Counted from the first letter of the stretch, positions 1 to 8,640 are shown. The stretch is 32,000 nt of DNA from an uncultured bacterium (GCA_964482215.1 CAYZWO010000004.1:52270-84269); one strand, 5' to 3'. Numbers and translations: made by a program. The notes: generated from the sequence alone by a model not told the origin.

Positions 1-1
1 G

Positions 2-1714
2 GATTTGCAAACTATTTTTCATATTTCCTGCCAAGAAATTCGCCAAGTTCTTCAGGCTGATCGCGTCGGAATTTTTCGCTTCTATCCAGACTCTGGCTAC
101 GATGACGGGGAGTTTGTTGCCGAATCGGTCATTAATGGCTTTTCTTCAGCTTTAGAAATTCGGGTTCACGATCATTGCTTTGGCGAAAATTATGCTGCTT
201 CCTATGCCCAAGGTCGCTATTTAGTAGTAGACGATATTTATCACAATGGACTCCAACAATGTCATATCGATGTGTTAGCCCAATTTGAAGTCAAAGCCAG
301 TTTAGTATTACCCCTCCTCTGTGGTGAAGAATTATGGGGTTTACTCTGTATTCATCAATGCAGTAACACTCGACAGTGGCGACAATCGGAAATTGATCTG
401 GGTCAACAATTGGCCAATCAACTCGCGATCGCCATTCAACAAGCTAAACTCGTCGATCAATTACAACAAGAACTCTCCGAACGCCAACAGACTCAACAAC
501 AACTCCTCGCCAGCAATCAGGAACTAGCCCGTGCAACCCGCCTAAAAGATGAATTTTTGGCCAATATGAGCCATGAACTGCGAACTCCTCTTAATGCCAT
601 TCTCGGTATGACGGAAGGATTACTCGAAGCACTGTTTGGAGATATCAATGAAAAACAGAAAAAATCCCTACAAACCATTGAAAATAGTGCTTCTCACCTG
701 TTATCCCTGATCAACGATATTCTTGATGTCGCCAAAATTGAATCGGGTCTGATCGAATTAGAACTCAATTCAGTTGCCATTGAGCCATTGTGTTCATCGA
801 GTCTAGCCTTTATTAAACAAATCGCCCTCAATAAACGAATCCAGTTAGACATTAATCTTCCTCATTATTTACCCAATTTATTAGTCGATGAACGCCGTAT
901 TCGCCAAGTTTTGATTAATTTACTGACCAATGCAGTCAAATTCACCCCCGAAGGCGGAAAAGTAACCCTTACAGCTTCCCAAGTTGAGACCGACACCAAC
1001 CCCGCCCAGACATTTTTGCGGATTGCCATTACGGATACAGGAATTGGGATTTCATCGGAAAATGTCGATAAGCTATTTAAGCCTTTTGTCCAAATTGATA
1101 GCGCGCTCAATCGTCAATATACGGGAACAGGTTTAGGATTGGCCTTAGTTAAGCAAATTGTGGAATTGCACGGCGGTCAAGTCGGACTTACCAGTAAAAT
1201 CGGGGAAGGAAGCTGTTTTACGGTGGATTTACCCTCCGATCCGACCACCATTATTCATTTCCAGCCTCAAATTGTTAGTAAGATTGATAATCAAAAAGAG
1301 AATAATCTGATTGATTTTGGCCCAACGCCTCCTTTGATCTTGCTAGCAGAGGACAATGGAGCCAATATCATTACCATTACTAGCTATCTCGAATTAAAAG
1401 GTTATCGACTTCTCATTGCCAATAATGGACAAGAAGCTATTACCTTAGCCCAAAGCCATCGTCCCGACTTAATTTTGATGGATATTCAAATGCCAGGCAT
1501 GGACGGACTCGAAGCGATCCAGATGCTACGTCGTGATCCTAACTTGTGCAAAGTTCCCATTATTGCCCTAACCGCCCTTGCCATGTCCGAAGACCGCGAT
1601 CGCTGTTTAGCCGCAGGAGCAACGGATTATCTATCCAAACCCGTCAAGTTGAAACAATTAGCCACCGTCATTCAGAATCTCTTGGCTCAAAAAGATACAT
1701 CAAACAACCCGTAA
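2..1714 (+). CDS. Hybrid sensor histidine kinase (GAF - HisKA - HATPase_c - receiver); 5' end lies outside the window
   Basis: The frame is open from the window edge; the track ORF merely starts at an internal TTG at 5. GAF-like N-terminus, Q-rich coiled coil, H-box SHELRTPLN, N-box NLLTNAVKF, G-boxes DTGIGI and GTGLGL. A receiver domain follows (LLAEDN ... DLILMDIQMPGMDG ... LSKP). Confidence 0.9.
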   Translation, partial: DLQTIFHISCQEIRQVLQADRVGIFRFYPDSGYDDGEFVAESVINGFSSALEIRVHDHCFGENYAASYAQGRYLVVDDIYHNGLQQCHIDVLAQFEVKASLVLPLLCGEELWGLLCIHQCSNTRQWRQSEIDLGQQLANQLAIAIQQAKLVDQLQQELSERQQTQQQLLASNQELARATRLKDEFLANMSHELRTPLNAILGMTEGLLEALFGDINEKQKKSLQTIENSASHLLSLINDILDVAKIESGLIELELNSVAIEPLCSSSLAFIKQIALNKRIQLDINLPHYLPNLLVDERRIRQVLINLLTNAVKFTPEGGKVTLTASQVETDTNPAQTFLRIAITDTGIGISSENVDKLFKPFVQIDSALNRQYTGTGLGLALVKQIVELHGGQVGLTSKIGEGSCFTVDLPSDPTTIIHFQPQIVSKIDNQKENNLIDFGPTPPLILLAEDNGANIITITSYLELKGYRLLIANNGQEAITLAQSHRPDLILMDIQMPGMDGLEAIQMLRRDPNLCKVPIIALTALAMSEDRDRCLAAGATDYLSKPVKLKQLATVIQNLLAQKDTSNNP

Positions 1715-1765
1715 ATCCCCCCGCCTACGGCTTCCCCCCTTGATAAGGGGGGCTAGAGGGGATCT
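1714..1765. repeat. Nested G/C-tract palindromic repeat (ATCCCCCC..CCCCCCTTGATAAGGGGGGCTAGAGGGGAT) directly after the kinase stop codon
   Basis: CCCCCC/GGGGGG arms form a hairpin around TTGATAA. Outer ATCCCC/GGGGAT arms are also complementary. A sibling copy lies inside lnt at 5279-5309. It may double as a terminator hairpin. Confidence 0.6.
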
Positions 1766-1997
1766 CATGGATAATTAAGTCTGCACTTTAATCAAATTAA
1801 ATTGGTATTAATATGACAGCCACCGACTGTTAACTTCATCGTTACAAACTGTTTACAAACCGATGCCCCTCCCTTAACATTGCTCAAAGACTTATCTGAC
1901 AAAGGTTAGGGAGACTAAGTAAAGCTTGACTTAAGCCCTGATTCCTCTTTTTTTGTAAACAAATATTAAGAACTTGCTGTCATAGAGGCTTGACCGC

Positions 1998-2027
1998 TTG
2001 ACAGAATAAAGTTTCCTTCGCTAACCT
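1998..2027 (+). promoter_or_regulatory. Putative sigma70-type promoter for the 2041 gene cluster
   Basis: TTGACA at 1998-2003, an 18-nt spacer, then TAACCT (TAnnnT) at 2022-2027. This would give a very short leader. Motif match only. Confidence 0.25.
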
Positions 2028-2040
2028 AGAGCAATACCCA

Positions 2041-2415
2041 ATGGGTACATCAATCAAGACTGATATGCAAGACAAGCAAAAGGTCACCCTTTATTTACCT
2101 CCAGGAATTCATCGGCAACTGAGAATTCGTTCTGCTATTGACGTTGAATCAATGTCATCGATTGTCGAAAAAGCAATTGAATTCTATCTAAAACATCCCG
2201 ATAAGGTCGAAGCGGAAGACGCTAGCACCTTTGGAAAAACTCACCAAGTTCATATTTGTCCCGAATGCGATGCCGCAATGGTCATGCGCGATGGGCAAAT
2301 GGTCTCCCTCAAAAATCAACCTAGTATTTTGACAGAAGACTTTCCTTTGGATGTTATCGAAACCGTTCCCGCCCAAGGCGAAATGCCAATCGAAGAAGTC
2401 CTTGTTCCTTGCTAA
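2041..2415 (+). CDS. Small conserved hypothetical protein; ribbon-helix-helix-like N-terminus and a His/Cys-containing C-terminal segment
   Basis: 124-aa ORF, co-oriented with and 51 nt upstream of the AAA+ gene. KVTLYLPPGIHRQLRIRSAIDVESMSSIVEKAIEFYL resembles the strand-helix-helix of RHH/CopG-type proteins. HQVHICPEC is a possible metal-binding knuckle. The domain call is by eye only. Confidence 0.55.
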   Translation: MGTSIKTDMQDKQKVTLYLPPGIHRQLRIRSAIDVESMSSIVEKAIEFYLKHPDKVEAEDASTFGKTHQVHICPECDAAMVMRDGQMVSLKNQPSILTEDFPLDVIETVPAQGEMPIEEVLVPC

Positions 2416-2466
2416 AGGAGCACCTCGGTTAGCCCGCCGTCCAACCAATAACCCAGGTCGATACTT

Positions 2467-3978
2467 ATGAAAGAAGAGCTAAGTATTCTTGTTCAGGCTC
2501 AATATCCTCTTATCTACCTCGTAACGTCTGAGGAAGAACGGGCAGAACAAGCGATCGCGAAAATTGCCCAACTGAAGACACAGCATCACCGAGTTTATGT
2601 TTGGACGGTCACTCATGGATTTATCGAGTACGGTCAACCCCAACAAACCACTCATCACAATACGGTTTCCCCCGAAGCAGCCATTGAATGGGTTGTGCGT
2701 CATCGGGAATCAGGTATCTTTATTTTCAAAGATTTACACCCCTTTATTAGCTCTCCTGCGGTCACTCGTTGGTTACGCGACGCGATCGCCAGCTTTAAAG
2801 GAACCGATAAGTTGATTCTTTTAATGTCGCCTTATCAAGAAATCCCGTTGGAATTGGAAAAAGATATCGTTGTTCTCGACTTCGCCCTACCTGATCTCAG
2901 TGAGCTAAATCAAGTATTGTCAGAGCAATTAGAAAAAACTCGCACCCGTCGCACCACGACCGAAGTTCGAGAAAAACTGCTCAAAGCAACCTTGGGCTTA
3001 ACCAAAGATGAGGCAGAAAAGGTTTACCGTAAAGCTTATGTAAAAGCGGGACAACTCACCGAATCCGAAGTAGACATTATTCTGTCTGAGAAAAAACAAC
3101 TAATTCGCCGCAACGGTATTTTGGAATACATCGAAGAAGATGAAACCATTGCCTCAGTCGGTGGATTAGATGAACTCAAACGGTGGTTAACCCAGCGTTC
3201 TGACGCTTTCACCGAAAGAGCTAGAGAATATGGACTGCCCCAACCCAAAGGGATGCTGATCCTCGGTGTTCCAGGTTGCGGAAAATCCCTGATTGCCAAG
3301 ACCACCTCACGGTTATGGGGTTTACCCTTACTCCGTTTGGATATGGGACGAGTCTATGATGGTTCGATGGTCGGTCGTTCAGAAGCCAATTTAAGAAACG
3401 CCCTGAAAACAGCCGAATCCATTTCCCCCGTCATTCTCTTTATCGATGAATTAGACAAAGCCTTCGCAGGTAATTCGGGTTCAGCCGATTCCGATGGTGG
3501 CACCTCTAGCCGTATCTTCGGTTCCTTCCTCACTTGGATGCAGGAAAAAACATCGCCTGTATTTGTGATGGCAACCGCCAACCGAGTTGAACGCTTACCA
3601 GGGGAATTCCTCCGCAAAGGACGATTTGATGAAATCTTCTTTGTAGACTTACCCACCCCAGAGGAACGTCAAGATATTTTCACGATTCACCTCAGCAAAC
3701 GTCGGTCTGATATTACTCGCTTCGATTTAGACCAACTTGCCAAGGTATCTGATGGATTTTCAGGTGCAGAGATCGAGCAAGCCATTATTGCAGCCATGTA
3801 TGAAGCTTTTGCCCAAGATCGGGAGTTTACCCAGCTTGATATTATCGCTGCGATTAAATCGACCCTCCCCTTATCTCGCACCATGATGGAACAGGTAGCC
3901 GCGCTACGAGATTGGGCCAGACAACGTGCCCGACCTGCTTCCACCTCCGTTGCTGAATATCAGCGATTGGAGTTCTAA
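2467..3978 (+). CDS. ycf46: Ycf46-type single-domain AAA+ ATPase
   Basis: 503 aa. Walker A GVPGCGKS, Walker B ILFIDELD, sensor-1 ATAN, Arg-finger region RKGRFD, and a ~230-aa N-terminal non-ATPase domain. Length and architecture match the cyanobacterial/plastid Ycf46 family (Synechocystis slr0374, from memory). Confidence 0.8.
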   Translation: MKEELSILVQAQYPLIYLVTSEEERAEQAIAKIAQLKTQHHRVYVWTVTHGFIEYGQPQQTTHHNTVSPEAAIEWVVRHRESGIFIFKDLHPFISSPAVTRWLRDAIASFKGTDKLILLMSPYQEIPLELEKDIVVLDFALPDLSELNQVLSEQLEKTRTRRTTTEVREKLLKATLGLTKDEAEKVYRKAYVKAGQLTESEVDIILSEKKQLIRRNGILEYIEEDETIASVGGLDELKRWLTQRSDAFTERAREYGLPQPKGMLILGVPGCGKSLIAKTTSRLWGLPLLRLDMGRVYDGSMVGRSEANLRNALKTAESISPVILFIDELDKAFAGNSGSADSDGGTSSRIFGSFLTWMQEKTSPVFVMATANRVERLPGEFLRKGRFDEIFFVDLPTPEERQDIFTIHLSKRRSDITRFDLDQLAKVSDGFSGAEIEQAIIAAMYEAFAQDREFTQLDIIAAIKSTLPLSRTMMEQVAALRDWARQRARPASTSVAEYQRLEF

Positions 3979-3986
3979 CAAGCTTT

Positions 3987-4005
3987 CTCCTGTCCCTAAC
4001 AGGAG
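3987..4005 (+). other. Hairpin just after the ycf46 stop (7-bp stem CTCCTGT/ACAGGAG, 5-nt loop), no U-tract
   Basis: Read directly from the sequence. It could be a processing or stability element, or a partial terminator between ycf46 and the DUF1257 gene. Confidence 0.3.
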
Positions 4006-4133
4006 TAAAGGCTAGTCTTCTAAAAGGCTGGCAGTTCCCAAAAAGCCGTTAATATTATCACCTAATAGAAGCGGCCCTTTATTGACTCTCACTTTGTTGT
4101 TGTTGACTTCTGTTCTTTTGGAGGAAATCTCTC

Positions 4134-4487
4134 ATGTCCCACTTTAGCACTCTCCGCACCAAAATCACTGATGCTGAAATCTTAAAAGCATCCTTAAGCG
4201 ACTTAGGCATCACCGTTAAAAACGAAGCTGATGTTCGTGGTTATAACGGTCAGCGTGTACGTGCCGATCTCGTAGCGGTTTTGGATGGCGAATATGATCT
4301 CGGTTGGTCTCGCAATAGCGATGGGTCTTTCGACTTGATTGCTGACCTCTGGGGTGTTGCTAAAAAACACAATCAAACTGAACTTATTAATTCTATTAAT
4401 CAAAAGTACGCCGTTAATAAAACGCTGAGCGAAGTTAAACAGCGTGGTCTCCAAAACGCCAATGTTAAATTAGTGGTTCAAAGCTAG
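4134..4487 (+). CDS. DUF1257 / Ycf35-family protein
   Basis: 117 aa. It has the N-terminal MSHFSTLRTKI..., VRGYNGQ and DLIADLWG segments that I associate with DUF1257 (Ycf35-like) proteins. Strong SD (GGAGG) 8 nt upstream of the ATG. Confidence 0.7.
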   Translation: MSHFSTLRTKITDAEILKASLSDLGITVKNEADVRGYNGQRVRADLVAVLDGEYDLGWSRNSDGSFDLIADLWGVAKKHNQTELINSINQKYAVNKTLSEVKQRGLQNANVKLVVQS

Positions 4488-4513
4488 TATTTCAAGCGCG
4501 TTCCCAAGCCTAT

Positions 4514-4543
4514 GGGTTGACCAGATCTGGTTAGCCCTTTTTT
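4514..4543 (+). terminator. Rho-independent terminator closing the 2041-4487 cluster
   Basis: 10-bp stem GGGTTGACCA/TGGTTAGCCC (two G-U pairs), GATC loop, followed by TTTTTT. Confidence 0.65.
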
Positions 4544-4578
4544 CTGTCTCAATTTTTTGCTAAGACAAGAGAGTTTGA

Positions 4579-6306
4579 ATGTCTCTCAACTCGCGTTTGT
4601 CTCGAATGACTAAAGTTTTGATTGCGTTATTAAGCGGCATTGTGATGGGGTTATCGGTTGCTCCCGTTGCCGCTTTTTATTTAGCCTGGGTTGCCTTGGT
4701 TCCCCTTTGGCTATTATTGTTCAGTCTTAAAAATACTTTTAAGAAACCGACTAAATTAGCTTTATTTTTTAATCAAAAAACACTATATGCCTTTCTGTGG
4801 GGATGGGGCTATCACGGGTTAGCTCTGTTTTGGATTACGGGCGTTCATCCGATGACCTGGATGGGGGTTCCCTGGTTAGCCAGTTTAGCGATCGCGATCG
4901 CCTGTTGGATTGCCATTACCTTTTGGGGCGCAGTCTTGGTTTGGCTTTGGGCGGTTGGCATGACCTTAATCGAACAATGGAGAACAAGCAAGAAAGAAAG
5001 TTATCAATATAAACTCACAGGAATTGATCGAGCATTAAGAGTATTAATCGGTGTCGCCTTGTGGTGCGGCTTAGAAAGTCTTTGGAGTGCTGGCCCATTA
5101 TGGTGGAGCGCGATCGCCTATACCCAAAGTCCCAACAATTTATGGATTTTACAATTAGGGCAACTATCAGGTTTTACAACCGTTACCGCCGCGATTATTG
5201 CCGTTAATGGGATACTTGCCGAAGTTTTGTTAATAAGTAGCTCATCATTAATTGTCGTAAAGTCCCACCGCTTATCAACCCCCCCCTTACAAAGGGGGGC
5301 AGGGGGGATACAGCAGAAAGGAATTTTATCTTTAATTCTTCCTCTTTACTTAATATCTAAAAAATATTTTCAACAAGTTAAATTAGGTTTATTAATCATT
5401 CCCTTAAGCGTTTGTTTAAGTTTACATTTATTAGGATTTTATCTCTACAATCAGCCATTAAATGATAATCCTGCTCAAGCCTTTCAAGTGGGACTCATTC
5501 AAGGTAATATTCCCAACACCATTAAACTGTATCCTGAAGGTTACGCCAAAGCCATTCAAGGTTACACAGAAGGCTATATTAAATTAGCTCAATCTCAAGT
5601 TGATTTAGTATTAACGCCAGAAGGTGCATTACCGTTTTATTGGGAAGAATTTGTTAAGGTCAGTCCTTTTTATCAAGCTATCTTACAAGAAAAAACACCT
5701 GTTTTATTAGGAGCCTATGGCGGCAATTCCAAAGAATATACCAATAGTTTATTTTCGATTGATGCTCAAGGAAAATTAATTTCTCAGTTTGATAAAGTGA
5801 AACTAGTTCCCCTCGGTGAATATGTTCCCTTTAGTTCCATTATTGGGGGCTTAATTCAGCGTTTATCTCCCTTAGAAGGCCAATTTGTTGCAGGCAATCC
5901 CGATCAAATTTTCATGACTCCTTTAGGGCAAGCCACTGTTGCAATTTGCTATGAATCCGCATTTGCTGGACATTTCCGCTATCAAACCGCCCAAGGGGGA
6001 GAATTTATCGTCACGGCTGCCAATAATGCCCACTACAGTAAAGCCATGCCTGCCCAACACCATGCCCAAGATGTCATGCGTGCTATCGAAAGCGATCGCT
6101 GGTTAGCCAGAGCCACAAACACAGGTTATTCCGCAATTATTAATCCCCAAGGAAAAACGATTTGGATTTCTCCTATTGATGAATATGTCTTACATCAAGA
6201 CACAATTTATCGTCGGCAAACCCAAACCCTATATGTTAGATGGGGAGATTGGTTAACACCAAGTTTATTATTGTTAGGAATTGTTGGTTTAATGCTACGT
6301 CAATAA
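4579..6306 (+). CDS. lnt: Apolipoprotein N-acyltransferase
   Basis: 575 aa. Polytopic N-terminal membrane region, C-terminal CN-hydrolase domain with the catalytic-Cys context VAICYESAF, and a terminal TM helix. It carries an in-frame repeat insertion (see 5279-5309). Confidence 0.85.
   Translation: MSLNSRLSRMTKVLIALLSGIVMGLSVAPVAAFYLAWVALVPLWLLLFSLKNTFKKPTKLALFFNQKTLYAFLWGWGYHGLALFWITGVHPMTWMGVPWLASLAIAIACWIAITFWGAVLVWLWAVGMTLIEQWRTSKKESYQYKLTGIDRALRVLIGVALWCGLESLWSAGPLWWSAIAYTQSPNNLWILQLGQLSGFTTVTAAIIAVNGILAEVLLISSSSLIVVKSHRLSTPPLQRGAGGIQQKGILSLILPLYLISKKYFQQVKLGLLIIPLSVCLSLHLLGFYLYNQPLNDNPAQAFQVGLIQGNIPNTIKLYPEGYAKAIQGYTEGYIKLAQSQVDLVLTPEGALPFYWEEFVKVSPFYQAILQEKTPVLLGAYGGNSKEYTNSLFSIDAQGKLISQFDKVKLVPLGEYVPFSSIIGGLIQRLSPLEGQFVAGNPDQIFMTPLGQATVAICYESAFAGHFRYQTAQGGEFIVTAANNAHYSKAMPAQHHAQDVMRAIESDRWLARATNTGYSAIINPQGKTIWISPIDEYVLHQDTIYRRQTQTLYVRWGDWLTPSLLLLGIVGLMLRQ
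5279..5309. repeat. G/C-tract hairpin repeat embedded in-frame in lnt (translated ..PPLQRGAGGI..)
   Basis: CCCCCCCTTACAAAGGGGGGCAGGGGGGAT. It has the same architecture as 1731-1765 (CCCCCCTTGATAAGGGGGGCTAGAGGGGAT). It sits in a predicted loop between TM helices, flanked by unusually AT-rich coding sequence. Confidence 0.6.
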
Positions 6307-6419
6307 TTGTAAAAAAAATTAATCTATTTTTCTTTATAGGAAGCTTATAATTAATCTTATTTTTCAGTGCTTATTAATATGAGCGTAAGTCTAATACTTG
6401 AATAACTAGATTGTTAGAC

Positions 6420-7274
6420 ATGATTTATAGTTATGGAATCTCAGAATTACCTTGTGTAGATTTTGATAATTTAACTAATCTTCCAAACGTTTCAGGAATT
6501 TATTTTGTTGTAGATTCAAATAATATTTTTCATTATATTGGTCAAGCAGAGAATTTACAAAAAAGATGGAAAAATCATCATCGTAAATTTCAAATAGAGC
6601 AGATCAATCAAAAATACCCTGTTAAAGTTTTTTGGTTGGTCTGGAATAAAGAAGATTTAAACACTGCTGAAAAATATTTTATTGAGCGCTATAAGCCGTT
6701 ACTCAATACAACAAAAGTAGAAACGCCACAAATTATACCTTCTGAAGTAATTTTGAAACAGTTGTTAAGAAAAATAGCTCGTAAAATAGTTGCTATAGGG
6801 ATAGTAAAAGGATCAATATCAAAGTTGACAACAATCTATATTAAATATGATGCTAGTGACTATACTTCTAAGGGAGCAGCAGCAATTATCAAGAAGTTTC
6901 AAGCAGACAATAAACAAACAAGTTTAAAGATAAAACGAACTAAATATGTTAAGGAAATAAGAGGTATTTTTTATCCTATTGGCAGCAGTGAGCATAGAAG
7001 ACAAGCTAAAGAGAATCGAGCTTATAATAATCATTGGGAAATCGCTTGTAACGGAATTATCATTGACATTACTCCTAGTATAGGTATGCGTGAGCAAGAG
7101 TTTTTTAAGAACAAATCAGTTGAATGGAAATTAGCAGGTATTAAAATAAAAGCTATAGTAGAGCAAGATTTTGTAGAAATGCGTAATAATTATCCCGCTA
7201 TTATGCAGAGATTGCCTCCATTATCACCATTAAAAATTGATTATGATCCCATTCCTATACTTTGGAAAGATTAG
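6420..7274 (+). CDS. GIY-YIG nuclease-domain protein with an unrecognised ~190-aa C-terminal region
   Basis: N-terminus GIYFVVDSNNIFHYIGQAENLQKRWKNHH ... AEKYFIERYKPLLN matches the GIY-YIG motif set (GIY, YIG, R, H, E, N). ATG at 6420 is preferred over the TTG at 6411. The gene and its flanks are markedly more AT-rich than their neighbours. Confidence 0.75.
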   Translation: MIYSYGISELPCVDFDNLTNLPNVSGIYFVVDSNNIFHYIGQAENLQKRWKNHHRKFQIEQINQKYPVKVFWLVWNKEDLNTAEKYFIERYKPLLNTTKVETPQIIPSEVILKQLLRKIARKIVAIGIVKGSISKLTTIYIKYDASDYTSKGAAAIIKKFQADNKQTSLKIKRTKYVKEIRGIFYPIGSSEHRRQAKENRAYNNHWEIACNGIIIDITPSIGMREQEFFKNKSVEWKLAGIKIKAIVEQDFVEMRNNYPAIMQRLPPLSPLKIDYDPIPILWKD

Positions 7275-7304
7275 TTTATTTCGGACTCACGTTCATTAGT
7301 GAAT

Positions 7305-7336
7305 AAAAAAACATCCCTAACTGAAAATCAGGGATG
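7305..7336 (-). terminator. Rho-independent terminator of the rplU-rpmA operon
   Basis: On the minus strand: CATCCCT - 11-nt loop - AGGGATG followed by TTTTTTT, about 55 nt downstream of the rpmA stop. Confidence 0.65.
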
Positions 7337-7390
7337 CGTCTAGTTTCAATGTTGAATTTAATATTGAATCAAGAAATTTTGTGAGTCAAA

Positions 7391-7660
7391 TTATTCTGCC
7401 GCAACTTCAGCAGGATAAACACTTACTTTACGACGGCTGCGGGTTTTGTACTCAAATTTGACAACACCATCAATGAGCGCAAACAAAGTATCATCATTTC
7501 CCCGACCTACATTATTGCCAGGGTGAACACGGGTTCCACGTTGACGAACTAAAATACTGCCTGCGGTAACGGCTTGACCACCATAACGTTTAACGCCGAG
7601 ACGTTTTGAATTAGAGTCCCGTCCGTTTCTTGTACTACCTGTCCCTTTCTTATGAGCCAT
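7391..7660 (-). CDS. rpmA: 50S ribosomal protein L27
   Basis: [29 protein letters not shown]... is the canonical L27 N-terminus. Confidence 0.97.
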   Translation of the reverse strand: MAHKKGTGSTRNGRDSNSKRLGVKRYGGQAVTAGSILVRQRGTRVHPGNNVGRGNDDTLFALIDGVVKFEYKTRSRRKVSVYPAEVAAE

Positions 7661-7712
7661 TGTTTTCCTTCCTTCTGAAAATTAAATTAATAATTCAAGT
7701 AATCTTTAGAGT

Positions 7713-8111
7713 TTACTCTTCTTCTAAGGTTGCTGGGGCATTGCTTAAAACGGGTTTCTTAAGGTCTTCCTCAGAAACTGACGCGATCGCCTTTCCATTA
7801 ATACTAATGGATGTAATCAGTAAACGGGTTAACTCCTGACGATGACCGCGTTTTTTGCGGGTTTTCTTTTTCGGGCGCATTTTGTAAACAATCACTTTGC
7901 GTCCCCGACGGTGGGCTAAAATTTTGCCTTCTACGGTCGCCCCTTCAACAAAAGGCTGACCGACAGTGATTTGATTATCGTCACTGACCAACAATACTTT
8001 GTCGATCACATAGCCTTCATCAGGCTCAGCAAAAAGACGATTGAGATCATAAAAACGACCTGGTTCGACACGAAGTTGCGTGCCACCCGCTTCAATAATT
8101 GCGTAACTCAT
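7713..8111 (-). CDS. rplU: 50S ribosomal protein L21
   Basis: MSYAIIEAGGTQLRVEPGRFYD... and ...RPKKKTRKKRGHRQ are canonical L21 segments. It lies immediately upstream of rpmA, as in the conserved operon. Confidence 0.95.
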   Translation of the reverse strand: MSYAIIEAGGTQLRVEPGRFYDLNRLFAEPDEGYVIDKVLLVSDDNQITVGQPFVEGATVEGKILAHRRGRKVIVYKMRPKKKTRKKRGHRQELTRLLITSISINGKAIASVSEEDLKKPVLSNAPATLEEE

Positions 8112-8317
8112 TGTTTTCTTCTATCAATTGTTGCCGTACAGGTATCCACAAGTTTGGAAAAACAAGGGATTTTGTTTGGGTTAATGTCTGAAACCTGATC
8201 CGAGCAGGAGCCTTAGACACACGATCTCTTATTATCTGAGACAGGGAAGCATACTGTCAACCTATGAATAGGATTGATAAACAGTGCAGATGAAATTCGC
8301 GCCCAAATAGGCTACAG

Positions 8318-8345
8318 TTGACCTAACGTTATTTTGTATTATCAT
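8318..8345 (+). promoter_or_regulatory. Putative sigma70-type promoter of ndhL
   Basis: TTGACC at 8318-8323, a 16-nt spacer, TATCAT at 8340-8345, about 30 nt upstream of the ndhL ATG. Motif match only. Confidence 0.35.
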
Positions 8346-8374
8346 TCCCAGCCTTTTACTTTTCAGATTAGCCA

Positions 8375-8617
8375 ATGGACGTTGTATTATCCACTCTCAT
8401 GTCGGAAACAGGCCTAATTGCCTTAATCTATCTTGCGTTGAGCGTTTTGTATCTTTTGGTCTTACCTGGACTGCTGTATTTTTATCTCAAAAGCCGTTGG
8501 TATGTGGCGAGTTCTTTAGAACGTTCCTTTATGTACTTTCTCGTCTTTTTCTTTTTCCCCGGACTGTTACTGCTCAGCCCCCTTTTAAATTTCCGCCCTA
8601 AACGTCGTGTTGCTTAA
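8375..8617 (+). CDS. ndhL: NAD(P)H-quinone oxidoreductase (NDH-1) subunit L
   Basis: 80 aa with two TM helices. RWYVAS...[26 protein letters not shown] matches my recollection of the NdhL signature. Confidence 0.7.
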   Translation: MDVVLSTLMSETGLIALIYLALSVLYLLVLPGLLYFYLKSRWYVASSLERSFMYFLVFFFFPGLLLLSPLLNFRPKRRVA

Positions 8618-8640
8618 TCATTGATTGAGGATTGAAATCT

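Noticed and set aside
321-1743. Track ORFs 321-527(+), 865-1110(-) and 1546-1743(+), nested in or overlapping the histidine kinase gene
   Set aside because: They lie in alternative frames or antisense to a gene with unambiguous kinase/receiver motifs and have low-complexity translations. The tail of 1546-1743 is just the G/C-tract repeat read through.
2188-4454. Antisense or alternative-frame ORFs within the RHH-like gene, ycf46 and the DUF1257 gene (2188-2448, 2479-2703, 2597-2815, 3036-3305, 3354-3656, 3687-3944, 4203-4454)
   Set aside because: Each is fully contained in a better-supported gene, and their translations are Ser/Arg/Pro-rich shadow-frame products.
7630-8198. Plus-strand ORFs 7630-7839 and 7971-8198 opposite rpmA/rplU
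   Set aside because: They are antisense shadows of two unmistakable ribosomal protein genes.
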